The notes: generated by a model from the sequence alone, not told the origin. A stretch of 61,548 nt of DNA, filler included, from 15 parts of 15 records of this genome joined end to end with filler, not necessarily neighbours in it, one strand, 5' to 3'; counted from the whole stretch's first letter, positions 32,216-43,812 are shown. Numbers and translations: made by a program.

Positions 32216-33079
32216 ATGAAGGTGGAGGGCCGGTCAAGCACGTCCCGGCGGAGCTACCACCCGTCGAGCTACTCCAGCTCCGACGGCGACGATGCAAAAA
32301 CAAACAACAACGTGGGCCGTGGGCCGCGACGCCGCCGGCCTGGGGCGAAGCAAGAGCTCCCACAGCAGGGCTCACGGAAGACCGCTGCTGCGCCGAAGGG
32401 CACGATCGAGAAGCACCGCTCGGACACAAAGGCGGCGCAGAGGAAGCGCCGCAAGCGGGAGACCAAGGAGGAACTAGCCGCCCTATATGGGCAGTTTTAC
32501 AAACGCATCCCGAAGGACGCGACGCCCCAGCAGATGGCACAAGAGTTCGCTGACAAGGAACTGCGCGTGATCCTGAGCCAGAACGGCGTCCTGATCAACG
32601 ACTACGATACCAGCGGCGGCCGGGGAAAGTACACGGAGAAGACCAAGGTCCAGAAAATTGAGGCGATCCTCACACTGGTCAAGAAGGGCAGCCTCATCCC
32701 ACCGACACGACTTGACGAGGTTCAGCCCAGACAGAAACTGAGTCGCACAGAAAAAGTTGCGAGTCGATCACACGTGCCGGCAGTGAGGTTGCACACCGCA
32801 CTTCGGCAGGTGATCAATCAGCAGAAGCAGAAGTTGCACGCTGAGGACGACATGATAGACCGCGAGTGCAGCAGCGCGGATGAGGACAATGAGCCGGCCC
32901 CGACTACGCCCGCCACCGATGTAGGTGCAGAGGACGTGACCGAGACTGAGACTGATGTTTTAGAGCTGCTCTCCACTCTCGCCAGCTCAGGGAGCCGCGC
33001 GAGTGCTGACAGTACCGATGGCAGTAGTGCTGCAGCACAGATGATGATGGGTAGTACCAAGGGACTCGTGGGGTTGTGA
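32216..33079 (+). CDS. Hypothetical basic, probably nuclear protein (287 aa)
   Basis: ATG-initiated ORF with an NLS-like RKRRKRE and a helical core (KELRVILSQNGV..KVQKIEAIL). No family recognised. Confidence 0.65.
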   Translation: MKVEGRSSTSRRSYHPSSYSSSDGDDAKTNNNVGRGPRRRRPGAKQELPQQGSRKTAAAPKGTIEKHRSDTKAAQRKRRKRETKEELAALYGQFYKRIPKDATPQQMAQEFADKELRVILSQNGVLINDYDTSGGRGKYTEKTKVQKIEAILTLVKKGSLIPPTRLDEVQPRQKLSRTEKVASRSHVPAVRLHTALRQVINQQKQKLHAEDDMIDRECSSADEDNEPAPTTPATDVGAEDVTETETDVLELLSTLASSGSRASADSTDGSSAAAQMMMGSTKGLVGL

Positions 33080-33134
33080 TATTGAACATTTACAGAACGC
33101 CTTGTCTCTCTACGCACTGCGCCAATATTGCAAG

Positions 33135-35177
33135 CTAGTCATAATCGGAGACTGTTGGGCTGCCGCGTGAAGCACGCGCCGCACGCGTCGGAGAGTTCGG
33201 CTCCGTCCTTAACACCTCATCGTAAAAGCTCGTGTCCTCGTCGAAATCTCGGCCAATCTCATCCTCGCCATCGTGTGAAGAGGGAGCTGTCTGCAGCGCT
33301 TCGAGCTGCTCGACGGTGCCGCTGCCAGAGATCATAGAAATTCGCCGAGGCGTGCCAGGAGCTGACAGTGGACGGCTGCGTTGGGATCCAGATGATCGGT
33401 GCGAGCCGTGCGAGCCGCCGGAGTCGCTCGAACCCCGTCGGCCAGAACGGAAGCCTGGTCGTTGTTCAGCTGCCCAAACCGCGTCGTACGAATCCAGACC
33501 AGACCGCGGCAGACCTCCGTTTGATTTCGCTGCTTCAGCAACGAAATCCGGGTCAAAGACATGGCTCTCGGGCCCGCTCTGCAGATGCACATCGAGACCT
33601 GGGCCGGGGTCACCAAAATCCGCTTCAAACACGCCGAAGGCTGCCTCGCTCTCTAGGGTCGCACCGTCAGACATCAAGCTGCGGCTAGAACTGTTCTGAG
33701 TAAGAGTTGCCCTGCGCCGACTGTGTTGGTCGTTGCCGCCTGTATCTGCCTGAGCTGCCCCGAAACCATCACCGTCGTCAAATGCAGCAAAATCTGCATC
33801 AAACATATCATCCGCCTCACCTTTTCGCATTGGCGAAGGCGGCGCTGATGTGCCAACTGATGATGAGCCACCTCCGCTGGAATCTCCAAAGCCGCCCCAG
33901 TCATCGCCCCCCAGAGCGTCCTCAAGTGAGACGCCACCATAGTCGCCGAAATCATAACCGTTCCCGTCATCATGGCTTTCACGTTCGAAACCTTCACCGA
34001 GCGCATCCTCTAGCGAGGCACCGCCGTAGTCACCGTAGTCGTATCCATCGGCACCGCCCAACGCATCTTGCAGTGACGCCCCGCCATAGTCACCGTAGTC
34101 GTAGCCCCCGCCGGCTCCATTTTCGCTTGCCGCGCTACGGCTCTTTTTCTCCTCGTGGTGGCTGACAGACCGGATGAACTGATCCAGGACGCCATCGCGC
34201 TCGATCCCGATCAGCTCTTGCAGCCATTCATCCTTATCGATGCCAGCCTCGAGGAGCGCTGCGCATGTGCCTTCAGATTCAGACCCGTGACCGTGCCTGT
34301 CGAGCCAGTCAAATACCATCTGCTCCACACTGGTATCACCGAAGTCGTGATACTCGTAACCGTCGTCGTTGCCGCAGCCATCCTGAGCATCCTCGAACGA
34401 TACTCCCCCGAACGCGCCATAGTAAGGCTCACCAGCGCCACGTATCTCCTGTATCTCGACAATCTCAGGCGTAGTGCTAAGCAACGCGCAGACGCACTTC
34501 TCAAATATGTCGAAGAGATCGGTGTTGGAACCCCTGACTGTGCACTTGCAGCTTTCGGCAGTCTCACCAGAGCTGCAACTGACTTGCAGTAGGAAATGGA
34601 CGTCGGCAGCTGCCTTCGCAAAAAAGAGCAACAGCACGGTTGTCTTGCCCTCTTCCAGGCGGCCGACAAGTGTCATCCCCCCGACAGCGAGAGCACTAGC
34701 AATCGCGGCTTCGGTGTTACCACATGGACATGAAAAAATGCGCTCAGGGATGGGCTCTTTCTGAACGGGAGTTGCGCGGTCGGTCCGTGTTGGTGACGGC
34801 ATGGATGCCCGCGCTTGTAGTGTATCGTCATCAAGCGGGGGCCTAGATTTGTCTCGAATCACCGCGTTGGGAACTATGTCGGCAACCCTCCACTTTGTCT
34901 CTGCCTTCTTACCGACTGGTGCTCCTTTCTTCGTAAACACCCAGTCAGCTGGCAGCTTGCGCTTCAACGCTGCCTCTGCTAACAACATCTGCCGCATCAC
35001 GTCGAGGTTTGTGTCCGGGTCGAAACGAGTGTAGCCAATGATTTCAGGTGGATCCTCGATCCGCACACAAATCTTCGTCGTCCCATCGTCCGGTTCGAGC
35101 TCGTCAGCTGGTGTCTGGGGCTCCGGGACAGGCTCCGGCGGATTCCACAACTCCACAAACTCTGCCCATTTCAACTT
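33135..35177 (-). CDS. Hypothetical trafficking-adaptor-like protein (5'-partial): ubiquitin-like fold, beta-adaptin-appendage-like domain, acidic aromatic repeats
   Basis: 679-aa open frame to the contig edge. Segment IASALAVGGMTLVG..LLFFAK..FLLQV..CTVR resembles a beta-adaptin appendage platform subdomain. Repeats YDYGDYGGASLEDALG and FxxDF motifs. Confidence 0.6.
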   Translation of the reverse strand, partial: KLKWAEFVELWNPPEPVPEPQTPADELEPDDGTTKICVRIEDPPEIIGYTRFDPDTNLDVMRQMLLAEAALKRKLPADWVFTKKGAPVGKKAETKWRVADIVPNAVIRDKSRPPLDDDTLQARASMPSPTRTDRATPVQKEPIPERIFSCPCGNTEAAIASALAVGGMTLVGRLEEGKTTVLLLFFAKAAADVHFLLQVSCSSGETAESCKCTVRGSNTDLFDIFEKCVCALLSTTPEIVEIQEIRGAGEPYYGAFGGVSFEDAQDGCGNDDGYEYHDFGDTSVEQMVFDWLDRHGHGSESEGTCAALLEAGIDKDEWLQELIGIERDGVLDQFIRSVSHHEEKKSRSAASENGAGGGYDYGDYGGASLQDALGGADGYDYGDYGGASLEDALGEGFERESHDDGNGYDFGDYGGVSLEDALGGDDWGGFGDSSGGGSSSVGTSAPPSPMRKGEADDMFDADFAAFDDGDGFGAAQADTGGNDQHSRRRATLTQNSSSRSLMSDGATLESEAAFGVFEADFGDPGPGLDVHLQSGPESHVFDPDFVAEAAKSNGGLPRSGLDSYDAVWAAEQRPGFRSGRRGSSDSGGSHGSHRSSGSQRSRPLSAPGTPRRISMISGSGTVEQLEALQTAPSSHDGEDEIGRDFDEDTSFYDEVLRTEPNSPTRAARASRGSPTVSDYD

Positions 35178-35586
35178 NNNNNNNNNNNNNNNNNNNNNNN
35201 NNNNNNNNNNNNNNNNNNNNNTTAATTAATTAANNNNNNNNNNNNNNNNNNNNNNNNNNNNNNNNNNNNNNNNNNNNCACATGGGGGACAGAAATTCCCC
35301 TCTCGACGGTAAGTTGCGCTCGCGCGCAGTGCGTATATTTATGCTCCTCGATCACGCATTGCGCGCAGGCTGCTCGCTACAGTGCCTTAGGTAGAGATAG
35401 ATGCCGCCTTACTAGTCGCCCAGGTATTGATACATAGCCTTAACCTTCCTACGTAGCTGGTAGTAGCATACTAGTAGGTCCGCAGGTGGTGCCACGCGCA
35501 CGCTGGATAAGCGATATCGTGTTGACTCGTCAGGTCCAGTGTGGGCTCAGCGCGAGCAGGTGAGGTCCTCTGCAGCAGGTGTGAGA

Positions 35587-37651
35587 ATGGGCCGTCGCCG
35601 GCCGAATGTGCTCGTCGTGATGACTGACCAGCAGAAAGCCACGGCCAGCCACCTCTATGGCAGCGAGTTCGGCGTCACCCCCTCGATGGAGAAACTTGCG
35701 CAGCGCGGCACGATCTACGATGTCGCGTGTACCTAGTCCGTCGAAAGTGTCTCTTGACGACTGATCGGTGTTGTATTGCAACTCGGTACTGTTCCGATTG
35801 CGGCTCTTGAAAGGAATTGATTTGTCGGAGTAGGTACACCACACCCGCTGTGTGTACCGGCCCGCTGTGCGTTTTGGTGCTCTCAGTACGCGCACACCAC
35901 TGGCTGCAGGCGGAATGAGACGCTGCTACCACCAGGAGCGCCGCATGCAATGCGGTTGTGGAAGGAACAGGGCTTTCGCCTCGGCCTGATCGGGAAAAAC
36001 CATTGCTTCTCAACATCGGAGGACCTGGCGCTTTTCGACACCCTGCTGGAGCTGGGACATGGTGGCGCGAACGGTGCAGACTGGGGCCGCCCACCAGAGT
36101 CCATCCGCGAGGCCAGCAGAGCACGTCGCGAGCTGGTTGACCAGAATCCGCGTTTTGGTTGCGCAACAACCGATGCACCACTTGAGGATCAGACGACTGG
36201 ACTGGTTACGAACGCCAGCATTCGCTTCCTTGAAGAGCACGCAGATCAGCACAGCGAAGAACCGTTTGTGCTCTGGGCAAGCTATCCCGATCCACACGAG
36301 CCGTGGGTGTGCCCTGAGCAATACGCCGCAATGTTTCGCGGGAAGGTAAGCTTGCCTCCCTCGCGCGAAGGCGAGTTTGATCAGAACGCGCCACAGCGAA
36401 ATCGGGTTCTGCATGAGATGCTCGGCTGGAGCCGTGACAAAGAAGAAGACGTATTGGAGCTACTAGCATGCTACTACGGAATGATGCGGTGCGTCGACGA
36501 CGGCCTGGGACAGCTGCTAGATGCTTTGAGTCGGCTCGGGCTCGACGAAGACACCATTGTGGTCTTTACGAGCGTGCGTGAAACAAGTGTAGCTATGTCC
36601 AATTGCGACGTTGTACTGTGCTGCGGACGATGTTTCTGTCTTGCTAAAGTTCTCGAATGCATCGGTTTAACTAGCTGTGGTCAAACCAGGATCATGGAGA
36701 CTTCATGGGCGAACACAAGCAGCAATGCAAAGGCGGAGTGTTTTACGACTGCCTGACGCGTGTGCCTCTGATCGTGTCATGGCCGGGACAGCCCAATCGT
36801 CCTGCCCAGGGTTGGCGTGAGCATTCGCTGGTGTCTACCATAGATGTTGTGTAAGCTACACTCAGATCGCTTTCCGTCCGTCTCGAGATCCGTTGATTAC
36901 ACCCAGTGACAGCTTACCAGCGTATCCCGGCCAGGCCAACGTTGCTCACACTGCAGGGACTCCCTATCCCGTCGACAATGCAAGGCACACCGCTGCCCCA
37001 TATTGTTCCGGGAGCGCTGCAACGAGACGAGGTGTTTGCAGAATATGGAGCAGGTGGCCCGCCATTTCTGATGAAAGATTTGGAAAAGCTACCGAAGCCT
37101 TGGGGTAGTGAGTGAGAAACAGGCTCAGCTGTCAAGTAGAGCACAAAGCTCACCGCCTTCTATTACACTGTTGCGATCTCAACGCAGGAAAAACACTGAT
37201 AGCGACGTTGCAGTGGCGAGAGGCCGAAGGTCGACGAAAGATGTGTCGCACCGCCAAGTTCAAATTTGTTCATGATGCGATGGGGGACGACCTTGATGTG
37301 CGTGCGCAGTCCTCTGCTAGCAAGGCGCAACTAAAATCCGCACAGTATCATCTGCAGACCGAACACCACGCGGCAATAGTGTCATGGCAAATTGGTTTGC
37401 TGATGAATACCCGCGTCGGTCGTGCTTTGCCGTACTAGGAGCTGTACGACCTGGACCTCGATCCGTTCGAACTGACAAACTGCGCACTCGACCCTGACCC
37501 ACACTACCAAGCTGCGCTGCTCGAGATGACTCGGCGGCTCGGCGACTGGAGCATGCGCACCGAAGACGCGGCGCCTGTTCCGCTTCCGGATGCCCTCGCA
37601 AACGGAGCCATATCAGCACGTGGTGACGGCCGAAGCACCGCTAGACTATAA
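35587..37651 (+). CDS. Formylglycine-type sulfatase, 6 exons, C-terminal PTS1-like ARL
   Basis: RPNVLVVMTDQQ. Intron 35729-35833 joins DVACTPHPLCVPAR (CxPxR). Then GKNH, PDPHEP, YYGM..VDDGLG, FTS|DHGDFMGEH, RVPLIV, ELYDL..DPFELTN. Ends GRSTARL-TAA. Confidence 0.92.
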
Positions 37652-37801
37652 CATAGGCTAAACCACGGGTTGAGCAGAAGGATGGAGCACCACGCGATGA
37701 GCACAGCTATGATAGTAGTGCAACGTGTTGAAACGCAGTTGAATGATGAAGATTATCATTATCTGCCTCAGGTGTCCATGCGTTTGTGTTACGCGTAGAA
37801 G

Positions 37802-38827
37802 CTACTCCACATCAAGCAAGTAGCGTGGCAGAGAGGTCTGGAACCTCGCCGCGGTCTGCCATCGCAAGTACTTGCGCTGTTCAGTTTGCTGCGGGTACTT
37901 TCTATCAATCCAAGCGCAGTGAATGGCCCATCGCTTGCTGCAAGCGGTCGAGTTGAGGCTCCCGCCATGCCATGTTGATCCATTCCAAACGACGACACTG
38001 CCAGCATTTGCGACCACCTGCACTGCTCGTGAATCTGCGTTGTTGCTCGGTTTGCTGCCAGCGACCAGGTGCGAACCAGCGACAAGTCTTGTCGCACCTG
38101 AAGCTACCGTGAAGTCGTCGAGACACCATGCACTGTTCAATACCCCGAACAGCTGGGCCGGGCGCTCAATCTGGGTCGGTTCATCCGACCAGACACCTGC
38201 AGCCACGACCTGTGCTACGCTCTCCGGCCCAGCCCAATCTGCATGAAGAGCTTGGTGGCCGTGCCCAGGCTTTGGGTCGTGCCCATTTAGTGAGTGCAAC
38301 TTGAACGGCCCTGGCAGCACACCCATCACGATGGAGAGCAGCACCTCATTCTGCCAAATCTTGTCGAAACATTCCCCCTTGTTGACCAGATCTCCCAGCC
38401 GGCGGATGCCCACGTTCGGACCCTCTGCTGCGGTCTCTTCCAGCAGCTGCTGCTGTCGTGGCGGCGGCAGGACCTCTATTCCACCTAGGCGCCCCTCAGT
38501 TGCTGAGAGCTGCTCGAAATGGTCTCGCAGCTGCTCGAGATGGTGCTGGTCCATCATATCCACCAACACCGTGTAGCCCTGTTTTCCAAGTTCCAGCAGA
38601 GCTTGCTGCACGACGCCACTCCTGACAGGCGCAAAGCCGTGCGCCGCGAGTTCGTCCGCGGCGGATCCTTGCGCATCGGCGCTCGACTGTGCGCGCAGCC
38701 CTGATGCTTGTGGTCGCGCTGGTGCCGCTCGGTGCTCCAGGTGCACGGCGAGATGGTAGCTGAGTAGTGCGAGTCGCTTGCTGGAGCCATTGACACGGCT
38801 CTCCAGGAGCCCAGCTCGCGACTCCAT
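37802..38827 (-). CDS. PhyH-family 2OG-Fe(II) dioxygenase with N-terminal PTS2-like nonapeptide
   Basis: QALHADW (HxD), NSAWCLDDFT..GATRLVAGSH, AGSVVVWNGSTWHGG. RLALLSYHL matches RLx5HL. Confidence 0.9.
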   Translation of the reverse strand: MESRAGLLESRVNGSSKRLALLSYHLAVHLEHRAAPARPQASGLRAQSSADAQGSAADELAAHGFAPVRSGVVQQALLELGKQGYTVLVDMMDQHHLEQLRDHFEQLSATEGRLGGIEVLPPPRQQQLLEETAAEGPNVGIRRLGDLVNKGECFDKIWQNEVLLSIVMGVLPGPFKLHSLNGHDPKPGHGHQALHADWAGPESVAQVVAAGVWSDEPTQIERPAQLFGVLNSAWCLDDFTVASGATRLVAGSHLVAGSKPSNNADSRAVQVVANAGSVVVWNGSTWHGGSLNSTACSKRWAIHCAWIDRKYPQQTEQRKYLRWQTAARFQTSLPRYLLDVE

Positions 38828-39148
38828 GATGTCACGCACCCACGCGGGTCGGCGGCCTCGTTCGCGCGCACGCGCGAGTTCGATGTCCGCGCGACTCGAT
38901 ATACCGGTATAATACAAGACGATACTCTCGTACTGAAAACTCTAAACTGCGATAATTGCCAACAGAGTGCCACGACTGCATGTACACCGGTAAGACTCAC
39001 ACTACGACACAAACCAGTCAACCTGGGCACTGCCGTGACTAACCTCTANNNNNNNNNNNNNNNNNNNNNNNNNNNNNNNNNNNNNNNNNNNNTTAATTAA
39101 TTAANNNNNNNNNNNNNNNNNNNNNNNNNNNNNNNNNNNNNNNNNNNN

Positions 39149-42048
39149 GCATTGACCAGGACCTGCTGACCGATGAGGTCTTGGAGGAAGCCCTTAAAGG
39201 GATCCAGGCCCAGCTGCACGAAAAGGAGCAGGAACTACAGAGCCGGATGCAAGAACATGCAGACCACCTACATGCGAAGGTCGATGACAGGCATGGGAGC
39301 ATGTCAGAGAGCATTGAAGAGATGGAGGCCAAGCTGCAACATCACTCGGACGATCTGCTAAATCAGCTGAATGAGCGCGCTAGCGAGCTACGAGAGTTTC
39401 ACGAAGCGAACCATGCCTTACTTGGAGAAAAGGTTGACGGCAACCACGAGCACTTGGTGACGTGGCTCGACAAGAAAGACAAGGCCTCCACCGATGCGAA
39501 GATGCGCAGCATATTGTTCAAGATGCAGCATAAGCTGATGAGTAAAGCGTTCATAGAGTGGGAGCAGGTCGTGACGCATGCTAAGTACGAGAAGCGGCAC
39601 CTACAGCATGAGGGAGCCATCAGGCAACTTCATGACATGCTGTCAGCGGACGAAATGGAAGCAGTGGTAAAGCGCATAGACGGACACGATACAACGATAA
39701 AGCGACTGCTGAAGGAGCTAGGAATTCATGACATCGATTCGTACGAGGCGGCCGGAGCAGTTCAGAGATTGATTAAGTCTCATATTAGCGAGCACCAGAG
39801 CGAACATGACCGGCAGATGAAAGAAATACACATTGATAGGTTGCTGCGCAATGTAGCAGCCCGCTGGTCCCACAGAGACCATGCCGCTGCCTTCAACACG
39901 TGGGCTAAGTTTGCAAAAAATCAGAAGCGGTCCAAGAACTTGGCAACAAAATGTGTGCGCCGCATTGACAACCTTGCCGTCGCTCGCACTTTCTTGCCGT
40001 GGTTGCGTGCGGCTCGGGACATGCACGCTGACCGCCAGGACCAGGCTCTGGACACGTTTATGACTCGAGCTCAGGAACTGGAGGTGGGTTTGAAATCTAC
40101 CAAGGATGATCTTCATGGCACGATGAATGCGCAGCGCGAAAAATGGATCGACATGACTCTTCGACGGGTGATTGCTAAATGGCACAAGGGCATCATGAAA
40201 GCAATGTTCGACAAGTGGCATACAGCAACAGTGCACGACCTCAGAGTGAAGAACGAGATGAGAAAGGCTGTTGCCGTTATGGACAATTTCACGGTTGCTC
40301 AGGCGTTCGGGCCATGGCTTGCAGCGAGTCGTCAGCTGAAAGAAGAGAAATTGCTTGCCCACACCTACGCAGTTGCCGATGAAACCACGTCAAGACTTGA
40401 CCTTCTGGAGCAACAAATGGGCGAAAAGCACACAACGGCTGCGCAGCAGCTTGTTGACTTGCACAACTCGATATCTCAAATCCAGAGCTTGGCAACACAA
40501 GATAAGAACGACATAAACGACCAGTTAGCAGCAATGCACGAGAAGCTAGAGGAGCTTGGTCACATTGGAGATGTCGACCGTGTGCAAAAGGAAATCGAGG
40601 ACCGTCTTGAGCACCTAGAAGTCTCGCTGCGGGAGGAATTCCAGCATGTTGAAGTGCGATGCGACATCGTGAGCCGTGAGTTTAACCGGCTTTGCGGCAA
40701 GGAGTGGAAAGATGGACTACCACCCAACAAGCAGCCACTAGACGGCCTATTCGCTGCTGAATCCTCGGCTGGGCGGCAGCTGAAGGAGTTGCACGAATCG
40801 ATGGGGGTTGTAAAGAAGGAGACAGAACTCCTGCGTGAGTTCATGCATTCTGATCGCCAAATGATGGGAATGTCGCCACGGTCTGGTGGTGCCAGCGAGG
40901 AAGACTTGGACAGCTTGCGAAGGAGTGTTCGCGGTGTTGAAGCCACTGCCGAAAGAGTATCTGAGCTGAAAGCCTCCGTAGAGAATCTACAGCGGCAGAC
41001 TGAAAGCGTTCGTAGCAAGCAAACAGATACGACCGAGGCGCTGGCTGCTCAACTTGGCGAAGTTGGCGGCTTGAAAAAACAGCTCGACATGCTTGCATCT
41101 ACAGTGGCATCCCAAGCTGCGGCCAGTACCGACATGGTGCAACTCAAAGCCGGAGTGTCATCAGTAGAGCGAGAGATCAGCACGATGCGCAGCGAGCAGC
41201 AGCAACTCGGGGCTGTAGATGCAAATCACTCGGCGTCGATTGCTGGGCTCAAAGCTGAGCTCAACGCGCTGCAGCAAGCGCATACCCAGACGCAGAGTGT
41301 GGCCCGTGACCTACAGAGTGTAGTGGGAGACACTCGCAGTGAGGTGAAGGCCTCCGGGTCGCAGCTGCAGAGTTTGGAACAGGCAATCGCCGCAACCAAG
41401 GCTCAGGTGGCTACCAATTCTGCAGCACTGGAGGCAAATCTGTCAGGGCTTGATGGCAAGGTGTCGCGAATAACCGAGCGTCACGAGCAGCAGGAGCAGG
41501 CCGTCCAGGTGTCTCGAATGATCGAGGCGCAGCAAGTGGTGGCACGTGAGCAGATGGAGGCGGCAGCGCAGTTCGACACGCAGCTGCCTGAGGAAGGTGA
41601 CCCACCAAGTCCACTGCGCGCAACTGGTGCCATGATGGATGAACTTGGTTTCGTCACACGACGAATCGCAACTCTGCAGCTGGAGCAGGAAGTACTTGCA
41701 CAGGCTGTGGAAGAGAATCCTGGCGCTGCTGCGCGGCTGGAGGAGGTAGTGCAGGAACTTTCCGCGCTCGAGAGTGCGCTGGATCAGTTGGGGATCCAGG
41801 TCGGAATGGATCCGAGCCCCGCTCCCAGTGAGTATGACGATGATGAGTCATACGACGGTGAGGAAATGGACGCATACGGTCAAGATGACAGTGACCCCGG
41901 CCCAGTGCGGCAATATAGTTCACGCCGGCGACCCGATAGACTCCGAGCAGCGCGGTCTCGGCCCTCCGGGCCAACTGACCGGGAGGCCGCATGGGCAAGA
42001 GCGCATGCTCACGCTTTTGGCCGAGCAAGTATGAAACCAGACACGTAG
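39149..42048 (+). CDS. Long coiled-coil protein with Sfi1-like (F/L)xxW repeats (5'-partial)
   Basis: Heptad-rich. Periodic KAFIEW, AAFNTW, RTFLPW, AMFDKW and QAFGPW motifs. Confidence 0.7.
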
Positions 42049-42172
42049 TCTGAAAGACCAATATGTAAAGATCGATGTAGTAGGAATTCCCAATGCGAAT
42101 GCACCCATACCACAGTATCAACCACTTTCCGTATTGTTGCAGCAACAGCGCTGGCGCAGTCTGAGTCAGCCA

Positions 42173-43648
42173 TCATGGAGAAAGACTGAGGCTGTCCACT
42201 TGACCAGCGCCAGGCTGCTCTAGCTCTGGCCGGTGGAGATGAGGGCCCTCAGGTATCTGTGCCGTAGGCGTGGGCGCAGGTTCGGGCGTCGCCGTCTGTA
42301 CCCGCGGTTCGGCCGTCTCAGACATTAATGAGCCAGACGTGGAAGGCATGCCAAGAGCAACTTTCACCAATTCCGCTGCTACTAGTTCAGGTGCCTCGCC
42401 GGCATCGAGCCGCTGCTCCAAGTTGACCAGTGCTTCTACCCCGAGAATTACAGTGTTCACCAGCTCAACCTCGGTCTTCCCCAGCCTTTCCAAGTTGCTG
42501 AGCTCAAACACGCCGGGTCGCGCACGGTCCGGGCGCGAGTCAAGAAGTAGAGTACGACAGGCCTTGGTGTACTTCGGGAGTGCGGATAGCTGCGGGAGCG
42601 ACACAGAAACTGATACTCGCAGCCCCGTCCCAAGGTTTGAGGGGCACGTGAGCAAGTAACCGAGGTTCTCCGTCCGTGCAAACCCGTGACCACTCTGCAG
42701 AAGAGCTTTCTCGAGGCCATTCGCCGCGGCAGCGAAGCGCTCAAATACAGCTCGCATATCTGGACCCCGCTCAAGCGCCATAAGCCGCACGTGGTCTTCT
42801 TCGTTCACCCACACTAATAACGTGCCTTGCTCCGCGCCACCGTCGTCTGGAGGGCCGGAACAGAACACCCCGCGAGCGTCTGGCCAGTCGCGGTCCATGC
42901 CACTCGACCGCACTGTGGATGACGTTGGTGGCTCAAAGAGGTAGCCGCATGCACGCAACCGATCCACATCCTCCTGCGCGGTGCCATCCGGCATCTCGGC
43001 ATAGCTTAAAGATCCCGGGAGTGGATAATACGTGCCCCGCAGATTGCCCTCAAGGCTCTGGAGTGCCTCTGCACTCAGTCGTTCTATCTCCCGACGTTCG
43101 CTGCGCGAGCACGCTGGGGGAAAGCGGAACCCGTCAATGGATCGGGCAGAGCGCAGCCGCACCGAGCGGATGTAGACCGGAGCACCGGACGCCGGGTCAG
43201 GGGGTCGGAAAATCGGCCGATCTAATACACCCGCAGGCTCAAGCTCCGTTTGATGTAGCTGCTCTTCGGCCCTCCAGCCAAAGTGCCTGGCCGCAATCAC
43301 AGGGTTGAACAAGTCACTGAAGCAGCGGTAACAGTCGGGGTCACCGGCGACCAAGCCGACCATCTTGACCCTGGGATGGCCCTTGTGGTCCATCCCTGTC
43401 TTGATGCACCGTGCGAATGGGACGCCTGCAGAGCTCACGCCGTCACGGTAGCGCTCGTACAATCTAGGCTGCTCGCGAAGCACCTGCGCCATCAGCGTGT
43501 GGTGCTCGGAGAGGTCTGGCATCCTCGCTGGACACTTGTCTCCTGGAAATCCATCCGGCTCGGGCTCGGGCTCAAGGGCATCAAACTCTGGCTCCGGCTC
43601 CAGGTCGGGGGCAGGTACTAGCTCCGGCTCCGGCTCCGGCTCCGGCTC
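42173..43648 (-). CDS. Phosphagen kinase (creatine-kinase-like), 5'-partial
   Basis: PDLSEHHTLMA, GHPRVKMVGLVAGD, RDWPDARG, WVNEEDHVR, TCPSNLGTGLR, SNLERLGKTEVELV. Frame is open upstream through an EP tract to the contig edge. Confidence 0.92.
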   Translation of the reverse strand, partial: EPEPEPEPELVPAPDLEPEPEFDALEPEPEPDGFPGDKCPARMPDLSEHHTLMAQVLREQPRLYERYRDGVSSAGVPFARCIKTGMDHKGHPRVKMVGLVAGDPDCYRCFSDLFNPVIAARHFGWRAEEQLHQTELEPAGVLDRPIFRPPDPASGAPVYIRSVRLRSARSIDGFRFPPACSRSERREIERLSAEALQSLEGNLRGTYYPLPGSLSYAEMPDGTAQEDVDRLRACGYLFEPPTSSTVRSSGMDRDWPDARGVFCSGPPDDGGAEQGTLLVWVNEEDHVRLMALERGPDMRAVFERFAAAANGLEKALLQSGHGFARTENLGYLLTCPSNLGTGLRVSVSVSLPQLSALPKYTKACRTLLLDSRPDRARPGVFELSNLERLGKTEVELVNTVILGVEALVNLEQRLDAGEAPELVAAELVKVALGMPSTSGSLMSETAEPRVQTATPEPAPTPTAQIPEGPHLHRPELEQPGAGQVDSLSLSP

Positions 43649-43812
43649 NNNNNNNNNNNNNNNNNNNNNNNNNNNNNNNNNNNNNNNNNNNNTTAATTAA
43701 TTAANNNNNNNNNNNNNNNNNNNNNNNNNNNNNNNNNNNNNNNNNNNNGTCTGATCGACACGTCTGGCGCACGTTGAGAGAGAGCCCTCCCTAGGGAGCG
43801 CGTGCGTGACCG

